Assembly: GCF_006345805.1 (NCBI RefSeq)
Contig: NC_043004.1
Location: 62,310,001 to 62,374,000, forward strand
Source of the DNA: Octopus sinensis
Lineage: Eukaryota
Length of the DNA stretch: 64,000 nucleotides
Reading direction: 5' to 3'
Shown one piece after another: positions 53,271 through 64,000 of the stretch. A program made the translations under genes and the position numbers. Below the pieces are notes generated by a model. The model worked only from the letters and a program-made list of their open reading frames with translations, did not search any database and had not been told where the DNA came from. Numbering within the stretch: position 1 is the stretch's first letter; every line of letters begins with the position of its first letter.

Positions 53271-53999
53271 CTTTTCTTGACTTTTGAATAGTTTTCCTGA
53301 TTACAAAATAAGTTCCATCAGAAAAATATTCTGTTAATTTCGCTTGAAAATAAATATTATAGTACTTCTATTTCTGACAATCACGCTTTCATTCTTCACA
53401 TCTATCCATGCCTCTTTCACTTGACGACCCAATCTCGCTCACTTTCTTTCTATCCTAATTTTTTATTCTTATGTTAAATATAAAATTTGTTGAGTTCCCA
53501 ATACTTGCCTCTTGTCTCTTGTAAACATTTTCTCAATGTTGTAGGCATTTTTCCTACCATATACTTTCCCCCTTACGCGTCTCACACATACACCCACATA
53601 CACATACACCATCCTCACTCAAACAAACATATACCCAGAAACACATCTACATACACATAGAAACACTTACTTTCTCACGTTGTCAGTTTATTCTTCCACT
53701 TTCAATAAGAATGAATGCAATTGAACTTTTGCCTTTTTCATCATTACGCTTTACATTCTTCCTTATTTTCCCATTATATAAATATTTGTGTTTACAGGAA
53801 TATACCTATAGAAAGTGTATTGATATATACTCAACGACACATAGGTATTTATTCCCTATCCAACTAGTATCTTCCCCATCTGTGCACACATAGATCAGAA
53901 CGACTTTCATATATCTTTCTTCTTCTCTCCGTATCTCTCCTGATCTCAGTCTTTCTCTAGATATATACAGAAGGAAACAGTAGGCTAAACATGTCACGA

Positions 54000-56900
54000 A
54001 ACTGGTTCATTCATGAAATGAAAGTCTTACTGAGAGGGTGGTAAATAGCCGAAGGAGACAATTCAAATAATATAATAACGGCGGCTCTAAACAGCAATGG
54101 CTATATAAGGACCACAAAACAGGTAGAGGGAAAAAACATAAAGCAAGAATTTATCCGCTTCTGTGCTGTCATCAGACCTCACATTAACTCACTGGATTCC
54201 ATTTTTGCACAGAAACGCAAAAATGATGACACGGATGGAGATCCCGATGTGATTGACAGATGTTTCCTTGACCTCTCTGATCTGCAAGAGAAACAAATAC
54301 CAAAATCGAGAGCCCTGCTAAGGAAAAATACACCAGCACTGATGGCCCTACCACAACCTGTATCAACGCACAAATGTGCGAAAGAACCAATAAAGGGCTA
54401 CAAAAAATAAAGCTAAAAGAAGTAACAGTGATGACGATAGGAGTAAAAATAAAGCAAAGTAAAACGAAAGTAAAACGAAATAGTCAGAAAGATAATATGC
54501 AAACTACAAACTGTTAGGGAGCCTACACAAGTGGTGACTGCTGGCATAGAAAAGATACCGCAAAAAACCGCTTCATGCTTCCAAATCCATACAACAGGTA
54601 GATCAAAAGCAAATGTCTCCCTCGAAAAGACACAAGAAAACTCCATAGAGGAAAAAGCCGTGCATCACCTGCATGAAGTCAAAATACACTGATGTAGTAC
54701 GCATTACCTCTGAAACCCAACCTTATCCTGAAGCTGGCAGCTCAATAACAATCTGTTTTTGTGTGGCTGAAAATGTTGTGCAACATCTAACCTGACTTCA
54801 TCAAGTACAGCGGTTGAGCTATCCCCATCAATACGCCACTCCGCCCCCGCAAAGAACGTATCCAGGGGGGCCACCACTGGCATGAGAACAAAGGTAACAC
54901 CAATATACTTCATAAATGTAAGAGGACTGTTACAACTCAGTAACAAAACAAAAATTACTTTTCTGAGAGACCCAGTGACATGCAATCAAGCCATATGCAT
55001 AACACGTATTAAAACATACTTAAAATCCTATATCGCAGATACCGAAATACACATACCAAAACGATAGAAAAGACAGGAGTTGCAATGTACATCCGTGAAG
55101 ATCTCACACCTCAGATCTTTTTTTCCCTCGCAAACTCACTGTGTGACACACTAACTGTACATATAAGACAACTCGACATAGTTATGTGTACTACTTACCT
55201 CTCACCAGATGCGCCAAATCACACGGGCCTATTCGAAGTCTGCCTTGCAAGAATAGAAGAGTTCTAAACCAAAATAGAAGAATACATCAGTGTACTTCAT
55301 ATGGGAGACTTTAACCTGCCCAATGTTAAATCGCTCGAAGGATTTTTACTCTGAGGAAAGATGCGATGTGAGCAAAGCCAGGTGGAAACCCTGCTCAACA
55401 AATCATATATGGAGAAAATAATACCCCAACCAACCAGGACAAACAATATATTTCATTTCTGCTTCACAAACAATGAGGATCCCATCCATAATATGAAAGT
55501 GACTCTGACACTAATCTCGGATCACAATAATGTATGGACCAAAAGAACCCACAGACATGAAGCCTATGAGAAGCACCTAAAACCTATAAATTCTGAACTA
55601 CCACAAAGCAGATTGGAAATTAACTGAGAAAGAGATCACCAAACAGGACTGTTCTCTGTGTCTCTCTACACCAGACATAGACAGGAAATGGATAATGTCC
55701 GTAATGCAAGCTATAAGCCTCAACTTTGTTCCAGAGAGAACGACAACTGCATATAAAAACAAGATTCCTAGGGAGAATTAAGTTCCTGTGAGATGGTGAG
55801 CAAAGCTTGCAAACTACCTCAACAGAGAACTCATCGGCAGTGAGAAACTCTATCTGGAATCAGAGCTGCTGGAGATTGAGAGATTGAGAGACAACTCAAG
55901 CACTTCCATAAGAAGGAGTGATGAAATAGAGAAGACTGGTTCATAAGAAATATAAAATCAGACCCTACAGCTTTCTTTAGGTACGCCAAGGAGATTGTGT
56001 CTGTGCATTGCAGAGTAGGGCCACTCCTCCAAAATGATGGCTCCCTCGCAGGAAACCCATTGAGGATAAGTGAGGTACTGAAAAAAAAGTTCAAAAGTTT
56101 ATTCAACCCACCCCTACAGCACATGCAAGTTAGCATACCCGTAGAATTCTTTACCGCTACAGAAGCTGAGCGAGATGCAAAAACAACTGATTACATCAAC
56201 ATCAAAGAAAACGATGTAATGTTAGCAATAGATGATATGGAAGCAATCTCAGTTGCTGGCTATGAAGGATTCCCAGCAATCGTCCTCAAGTCATGCAAAC
56301 GAGTTCTTGCAAAGCCATTGCAACTGCTTTTTCAGAGCTTCCCAAATGGTAAGCTCCCGGACAAATTAAGAAGGGAATAATATGCCCTATCCATAAAGGA
56401 GGAAGCAGAGCAGCAAAGTCATGGAGAGAATAGTCCGAAGGAAATGAATTGCATTCCTCGAAGAGAATGACTTACCGAATAACACCCAGCACGGCAGACC
56501 AGGTAGAAGTTGCTTGTCAGCTCTTGTAAAAATTATGGTTGGGTGCTAAAGCAGCTGCTAAGCAACTCAAATGCTGACGTGATATAACTCGACTTGGCAA
56601 AAGCCTTTGAAAAAGTCGACTATGGTATGCATTGTCACAAGCTTCGTAATTTTGGCATACTTGGAAAGCTTGGAGAATTGCTGCATGACTTTCTAAAAGG
56701 TAGAAATGAAGTAGTGGTGATCAATCAGGACAGCCCCAAGAAAACACAAATGATGAACGGTGTTCCACAAGGCACTGAGCTGGAGTCACGGCTATTCATA
56801 ATGGCCCTCTCTGACATGGCAGCAGCTTCTCTAGTACATTCCTAGACATGCAGATCATACAAAAGTCTCTCACAGGAGACAGAACCCTGGATACGCTGTG

Positions 56901-57778
56901 CATCTGCAAAGTAAGTTGGACGCAATATATAAGTGGGCTAAGGAAAATAGCATACAGTTTAAGGCTGCAAAAATTCCAAGTGCTGCGTTACCAACACAGG
57001 AAGCTGAATAAAAAGCAGATAGAATTTGCTGGCCAAGGAGGGATTCCAATCCCTGAAAGAACATCACTGCGTGACCTGGGCTTGGCATGGGTAATGGTGC
57101 ATCTTTCCAGGTGCACATCACCAAGTTGGCAATAAAATGCAGACGTCTGGACGGATGGTCCTTCGAACTTTCCTCATAAGAGGAAAGGAAACCATGATGG
57201 TCTTTTAGAAGACTGCTCTCGGCTATCTGGAGTACTGCACCTAACTGTGGTCACCAAAAACTGTAAAACTAACGATGGAACACGACGCGATCCAGCAAAG
57301 CTACACAAGGAAGATCGATACAATGCAACGCGTCATCTAATGGGAGACTTAAAACTCTACTGACTGGAGTGAAGGTGGGGCAATTGTATAGTAATATACA
57401 TCTAAAAGACTGCTAGAGAATCTTGTTCCATATTTTTGACAATTTCACTTACAGAAACAGCTGAACGCGGCGCTACTGCATGGTAACACAAGTCCATCAT
57501 TGTCATCAGGATACAGGAGCGAATGCTTCAAAGGCCCAGAACACTTCAATATCCCCACCCCAACAAATCCTGAGCTGACCTGCATGGTGTGGATGTAGGC
57601 ATTTTCAAAACAAAACGAGATCCCCTTCTGTCATTTGTTCTAGGAACGAAACACAGATGAGAGTAGCAACGCCGAACTCCCTCACCCACCAAATGTCACA
57701 GATCAGAGGTTTAATGAAAGTGTAGCAAAGTAAACGCCGGTGCCTAAGGAAGGCCACAGTCGTGGGACTGAAACTATA
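54000..57778 (+). pseudogene. Near full-length decayed CR1-like LINE (ORF1, APE, RT, 3' tail)
   Basis: IYFINVRGL; GVAMYIREDL; HMGDFNLPNV; LAKAFEKVDYGM; GVPQGTEL; many stops and frameshifts. Ends cggtgcctaaggaaggccacagtcgtgggactgaaacta. Confidence 0.85.
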
Positions 57779-57794
57779 TATTTACATTATTTAC

Positions 57795-57957
57795 ACTTGA
57801 CGGATGTTTGTCCTCATCTTTTTTGTTGTTAACACAGCTGTTCGGCTGATATACCCTCCAACCTTCATGAGGTTTCTTGGGGAAATTTCGAACCTGGGTT
57901 CTCATTCCTTTGGTATTTTTCTGTTATCATCATCATCATCATCATTATTATTATTAC

Positions 57958-58005
<48 letters not shown>

Positions 58006-58077
58006 CATTATTATTATGCCCAACAGTATATAGCTTAGTGGTTAAGAGCACGAGTTCGATTCCAGGGAGTGACCTGG

Positions 58078-58122
<45 letters not shown>

Positions 58123-58262
58123 TAATAATAATAATGATTGATTGATGATTGATTGATTGATTCTAGTTTCAGCTCATGAGCTGTGGCCATGCTGGGTCAC
58201 CGCCATAATGATAATAATGATAATAACATCGAAAAATACCTTAGGAATGAGAACCAAGGTTT
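57795..58262. mobile_element. Two divergent SINE family E pieces with a SINE C tail nested in the internal (AAT)n
   Basis: Minus-strand tail at 57795-57925; plus-strand head gcttagtggttaagagcacgagttcgattcc at ~58030; tail aaaaataccttaggaatgagaacc at ~58232. Confidence 0.65.
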
Positions 58263-58602
58263 GTAACATTTCAGTTACCTTTGCAACGTCACTCCTTTCC
58301 ATCACTGATCTTTCGGTCTCTTTTCAATACACCTAATAAATATTTCCTTCTTACATGTATGGCATCTATTTTCTATGCACGAGTTAGAATATTGTTCATA
58401 ACATTTAAGTCGTTCTAATGTTTGATAAGGTATCGATATTGATATATTGCTTTGAATATGAAGCGTTCAAATCTTAGTAAATAATGATCAAGATGCTACT
58501 TCTTCCAATCCTCTCATAATGATAACTAACTCGATGTACTAAGTAAGTTATTTAGTACATTCTTATTAAGAAGAACATATAGGGATTTATAAATATATAG
58601 GA

Positions 58603-58651
<49 letters not shown>

Positions 58652-58767
58652 ATCAATATAGGGTGGCAAGGAAAATTTTGTAGAATTTTATTGCCACCAG
58701 CGGCCCAGTGGGAAAAAATCTGTTGTTTCTAGTGGGTGAATGGCCTATTGTGGCCGTTCCTTAATTG

Positions 58768-58801
<34 letters not shown>

Positions 58802-59119
58802 TAGTACATGCGCTGAGCAGTGTTTACGTATAATCACAATTTAGGTTAGTTGAAATATGTTTGTCACATATTTCTTCTGCTAAAGGCAAATACACTGCAG
58901 TTACCTTGGAGAAATAATCCTCTCTTATGGTAAAAATGTTCGTTCAGTGTCGCCCTCTCTCGAGAATCAGATATATCGATATTTCGAGTTTGTTGACTCT
59001 TGTCGCTCATTTGTAGATGAAAGGGGGCAACACTGAACGAACTGACAAAGCTTATAGCATTATGTATAATTCAGCCATTATATGTAAAGCTATAAATATT
59101 ATATATAAATATTATATAT

Positions 59120-59720
59120 ACGATATGGAGGAAGAGATGGGGATACTGCAAATGAAGATGAGGGAGGCTGTGAACTGGAGACGACAGACCGTCAAGATGC
59201 TGGTAGTGGCTTCAAACGAAGTGCTAGAAACGTTGCCCGATAGAGTTTTTATAGGGGTTGGGCTAAGTGTCAGAGTCGCAATCTATGGACGTAGGCCTCA
59301 ATGCTTCAAGTGAATCGAAAAGGGCCAAGTCTGCTCAGAATGCGAAATAAAATAAAAAAAAAATGAAGCCCCTCCTCAAATAGAAAACATTAAAGAAAGC
59401 ACTAATGATCACCGAAAAAAAGTAAGAGAAAGAAAAAAAGAACAGAAAAATAGAAGAAAAGAAGGAAAAAGAGAAATAAAAATCCCAAGAGAAAAATCAG
59501 AAGACACAACAATTGTGGTGGAAGCGGAGATGGATTTTACGACGGTGCTATCACGCAAGAGAAAAAAGCCCAAGCTCCAGACGCCATGCCGCCGATAAAG
59601 AAAGCAAGCAGGCACACTACAGACACACAGGAAAATATCCCCCACACCAGCTCCGTGTTAAAAAAACCTTTGCCACCCCCACCCCTCACAAAAAAATACA
59701 AGAAAAACAATTTCTTTTCA
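59120..59720 (+). pseudogene. Decayed L1/Tx1-type ORF1 fragment
   Basis: VRVAIYGRRPQCFK*IEKGQVCSEC (broken zinc knuckle), a Lys-rich tract and EAEMDFTTVLSRKRKK; no ORF2 follows. Confidence 0.6.
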
Positions 59721-59950
59721 CGAAAATAACACTGTGTTAACAACAATAATTCAACCGCAACACAAGGCTCGTGTATATAGCGCAACAAAAGACATGCCAT
59801 CTCACATCCGTGTTGCGAGAAAGGATGTGGGGTTGTTCCAGGAATTGAGAGAGAGAGATACCCCAATATATTTTTCTAACCTAAATTGTGAATATATACA
59901 TATATACATACATACATACATATGTATATATAATATATATATATATATAT

Positions 59951-60033
<83 letters not shown>

Positions 60034-60168
60034 GAGGGCATTATACATACATGCCAGGAGGCATTGTATATACATGCCAAACGCTAAGAGGGACAATCAG
60101 TCATTTCTACCAAAAATATTACTAATCCCACCGAATGCAATTTTTCAAAGTAAGACATTTAAAAATAT

Positions 60169-60216
60169 AGGCCTGTATCACAGTGATTTCATACTTACGT
60201 AATCATCAGCAGGCCT
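60169..60216 (-). ncRNA. Minimal type I hammerhead ribozyme, complete core
   Basis: AGGCCUG-CUGAUGA-u-uac-GUAA-gua-u-GAAA-UCAC-U-GUGA-UA-CAGGCCU: 7-bp stem I, GNRA-capped stem II with U.U closing, near-palindromic stem III, triplet AUA. Confidence 0.75.
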
Positions 60217-60648
60217 GAATGTATTATAAATAAACAACGACCCTGCCTTGCTTAAGCCGATCAGCTAACTGATCAACATCAACGAAGCACATGGGTGAGT
60301 TTATATATATTACATCCGGGTAAATGGTAAACTTTTACGAATTGCATTTCGGGAGAGGAAAAGTTTTTTCGGAATAAAAATTTAGCAATTAAGGACAACT
60401 ACTTAATAAGGAAAACTTAACAAGAAATTGTCAGGTAGATAGCGTAAAAACCTCATAAGACAAAAAAATTTCGAAAAAAATTATTTCTTATTGAACATAT
60501 TAATTTATATATAGAGGGCATTATACATACATGCCAGGAGGCATTGTATATACATGCCAAACGCTAAGAGGGACAATCAGTCATTTCTACCAAAAATATT
60601 ACTAATCCCACCGAATGCAATTTTTCAAAGTAAGACATTTAAAAATAT

Positions 60649-60695
60649 AGGCCTGTATCACAGTGATTCATACTTACGTAATCATCAGCAGGCCT
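60649..60695 (-). ncRNA. Second hammerhead copy, GAAA reduced to GAA
   Basis: cagtgattca here versus cagtgatttca in copy 1. Confidence 0.6.
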
Positions 60696-60956
60696 GAATG
60701 TATTATAAATAAACAACGACCCTGCCTCGCTTAAGCCGATCAGCTAACTGATCAACATCAACGAAGCACATGGGTGAGTTTATATATATTACATCCGGGT
60801 AAATGGTAAACTTTTACGAATTGCATTTCGGGAGAGGAAAAGTTTTTTCGGAATAAAAATTTAGCAATTAAGGACAACTACTTAATAAGGAAAACTTAAC
60901 AAGAAATTGTCAGGTAGATAGCGTAAAAACCTCATATATATACATACCTATAAATA

Positions 60957-61115
60957 CCCATGGAAGAACCAAACACTAAGTCAAGTGCACAATTAAGTAC
61001 CCCAAATACATCCAAATAGAAATTCTCCAGCCCATTTTGGCTGGAGAATTTCTATTTTGGATGTATTTGCGGTACTTAATTGTGCACGTGACTTAGTGTT
61101 TGCTTCTTCCATGGG
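60957..61115. repeat. 76-bp-arm palindrome (60957-61032 / 61039-61115)
   Basis: cccatggaaga...ctccagcc / ggctggag...tcttccatggg. Confidence 0.9.
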
Positions 61116-61150
61116 TTTGAGTAAATATCTCATTAATTTCTTTGCCACAT

Positions 61151-61210
61151 TTATCACTGACGAAGGGAGGGTTCTTATTAACTAACCCTAAAATCGGCCC
61201 GATATGGTAA
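61151..61210 (+). ncRNA. Hammerhead-like motif with G12A change
   Basis: uuauca-CUGACGA-aggg..aaccct-AAAA-UCGG-C-CCGA-UA-uggtaa: 6-bp stem I, near-palindromic stem III, triplet AUA. Confidence 0.65.
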
Positions 61211-61436
61211 TAATGGAATTTTTGGAAATTTCTGTCGACCTTTTCTGAATAGCGTGCGTATTGTGAATAATTATATAGTTATGGACTAAGTGTCTAATTT
61301 CGGCATATTTGGCATTAGAAACTTTTTCGTTTGCCCTTATTTATAAGTTGTTTATAAATTTAACCTTTAAAGGTATTTTTTAACATGCTAGCCATTGATA
61401 ATTTTTTTTTTCGGAAAATATTTTATCCTACATTAA

Positions 61437-61495
<59 letters not shown>

Positions 61496-61518
61496 TACAC
61501 ACACACACACACACACAC

Positions 61519-61553
<35 letters not shown>

Positions 61554-61554
61554 T

Positions 61555-61734
61555 ATATATAATACAGTGTACATGAAAACACATTAAGAGGCTTCTATCA
61601 TAGGAATGCATTACGCTAGAAAGAACAGTTAAAGTCATAACCACGAATTAGGGATAAATTCTCGAAGGGAATGAAAAATAAAAGCATTTATACATACATA
61701 CATACATACATACGTATATATATGTATATATATA

Positions 61735-61768
<34 letters not shown>

Positions 61769-61964
61769 CAATATATATATACATATATATAATTATATAT
61801 ATAAATATATACATACATATATATATATATATTAATACAGTGTACATGAAAACACATTAAGAGGCTTCTATCATAGGAATGCATTACGCTAGAAAGAACA
61901 GTTAAAGTCATAACCACGAATTAGGGATAATTCTCGAAGGGTATGAAAGATAAAAACATTATAT

Positions 61965-61990
<26 letters not shown>
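61555..61990 (+). repeat. 273-bp-period tandem duplication (130-bp unique core plus TA/TACA microsatellite)
   Basis: aatacagtgtacatgaaaacac at 61561 and 61834. Confidence 0.85.
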
Positions 61991-62061
<71 letters not shown>

Positions 62062-62599
62062 AATGCACATATATTATACGTTCCTAGAGAGCAGATAATC
62101 AGACACATGCGCGCATATGCACACACTTCCACACTCGTACAAACTGAAACTTCCACAAGCACACCTATATACACATATGAAACATGTATTAACACATTCA
62201 CACTTACATATAAACATATATGCATGTTGTTTCAATATTCAGATACATGCGTTCGTGAGCATGTTGTTTTTGAATGATTACGTATATATTCATTTATGGA
62301 CTCCTTAAATGTCTTTCCCTTCTCAATAGTAAGTCTCCGTTTAAACGTGACCTTGATATGTATCTAGCAACGTCACTCTATAAACGTAATCTTCACAAGA
62401 CGGAGCCATGCTATTAATATTTTGCGATAGATTGATAAAGACATTAGAACGTTGCTTTAAGGCATGTTCTGAGTTCATATACAAACATCAAGGAAAAAAA
62501 GAAAACATTTTCATTCTTGAATGTTGAGAAAGTAAAATAATTTCCACATACTGATGTAGGTTATATCCTTTCTAGTACAACCACAAAACCTAAAATCAT

Positions 62600-63251
62600 A
62601 GGGAAGCGACTGATCGATTACATCGACCGCAAAAGGATGAAAAGCCAGGTAGAGCTCAGTGGAATTTGAACTCAGAATGTAAAATGGATGAAGTTCCTCT
62701 AAGAATTTTCTCCGGTGTCTTAGAGAATGCGCTAGCCAGCCGCTTTACTAAAGTTATTAATATGTGATGTTGGCCTCAAAAGTTATATGCTTAAATTATA
62801 AATACTTTTCACTTTCTCAGAATAATTTCAAATTTTAGACACAATTTTAAATAGGAAAATTAGCACAAACACAATGAAACTTTTGAAAAAAAAACCATAG
62901 TCTCTATCGAATTCTATCTAAACAGACACAAGATCAAATATTTAGAGAGGGACAGGATAATCGACGACATCATCCATAATACTTGACTTGTGCTTTATTC
63001 TATCAACCCTGGAAAGAATGAAACAAGAAGTCAACGAGGCGTAATTTGAACTCAGAATGTAATGGCGCGGAAAGAGGAAATAAGACAAAAAAAACGGTAA
63101 GCATTTTTATTGATGTTGTAACCAATTCATAAACTAACATATGCACCCTAGAAGTAGCAGTTCAGTTTCCCATCCTCAAAACAAAGAGAAATATAGAGAG
63201 ATGGATATATATATATAGAGAGAGAGAGAAAGAGAGAGTGAGAGAGAGAAT

Positions 63252-63283
<32 letters not shown>

Positions 63284-63840
63284 AAGAGAGAGAGAGAAAA
63301 GGTAGGAAGCATCTTAACACTACTTAGAAAGACACACATAGATTACGTTAGTCAGCGATAGACAGTGTTTGAAAAGAAAAAAAATAACATAAATGTGTAA
63401 CTTCCGGTTGAACGATTTTCATCAGAAGACTTGGTGGATCCGATTTGACCTTCAACAGGAAAAAAGAGATTTAAAAACAGCCATGCATTAACACATAAAC
63501 ACACATATACACAAGCAGTCGCGCGCATAAGGGTAGAAACAATCTCAAGCAAGTACCCGCCTCTCAGGATCCCACCCGCTTCTCATCCTTTTCGAATCAT
63601 ATTTAAATATTATTTTCCTACACAGTTCTCTCATACATTGCCGTTTTCTGAGATTTTACTTTTAGCACAAGACCATCAGTTTTATAGGAGGGAATAAGTC
63701 ATTTACATCTACCCCAGTGCTCAACAGGTACATAATTTATTAACCCCTGAAAAAGACAAACGCAAGTGGTCCTAACGAAATGTTTAATTAAAAACGATGA
63801 AAAAAACTGCCGTTAAGCACTTTACCGCTAGCATCTATGC
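62600..63840 (-). mobile_element. Three decayed SINE family A fragments (62600-62740, 62950-63070, 63690-63840)
   Basis: Remnants of cgattacatcgacc and gaatttgaactcagaatgta. Confidence 0.55.
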
Positions 63841-64000
63841 CAGACTGCAGTTATTACCAATTTGCTGTCACTTTCTTTGCACTTCTGTGTGTGTGCGCGC
63901 GCGCGCGTGTGTGTACACGGGGTGAGTATGTGTACGCGGATGCGTGTGTTTGTGTGTGTGTGTGCGTGTTCGTTTAATCTTTAATTGTACTCTCTTTTGT

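Larger units (their letters stand above)
60026..60936 (-). repeat. 480-bp-period tandem repeat (about 1.9 units) with one hammerhead per unit
   Basis: atagagggca at 60031 and 60511. By eye the copies differ by one substitution and a 1-nt indel. Confidence 0.95.

Noticed and set aside
57820-57880. Hammerhead-like remnant in the SINE E tail (minus strand cctcatgaa-ggttg..cagcc-gaac)
   Set aside because: Both core halves are mutated in this copy and the 37.0-kb copy is truncated there. Worth checking only at consensus level.

Overview
AT-rich, microsatellite-dense eukaryotic DNA with no recognisable host protein-coding exon. The tRNA-derived SINE families and the density of (TA)n/(AAT)n suggest an octopod cephalopod (inference). 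The window is almost entirely retroelement and DNA-transposon debris: RTE, CR1, Tx1/L1 and R4/Dong-like LINEs, Penelope-like (PLE) RT and GIY-YIG remnants, two mariner relics, a near-intact IR/DR Tc1 element, a Helitron remnant and at least five SINE families. The unexpected signal is a set of about 8 sequence-unrelated minimal hammerhead-ribozyme (HHR) motifs. All have a self-complementary stem III/loop 3, as known for dimer-acting PLE hammerheads, and most sit in or just downstream of inverted repeats. Three arrangements stand out: (i) a ~620-bp palindrome with a complete HHR on each strand (43.1-43.7 kb); (ii) a 480-bp tandem repeat with one HHR per unit, which resembles a retrozyme (60.0-60.9 kb); (iii) an intact ORF1-only, HAL1-like Tx1/L1 element (467-codon ORF) nested inside a hammerhead-bearing, terminally redundant element (13.5-15.7 kb). 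All structures were folded by eye and none has been tested for activity.
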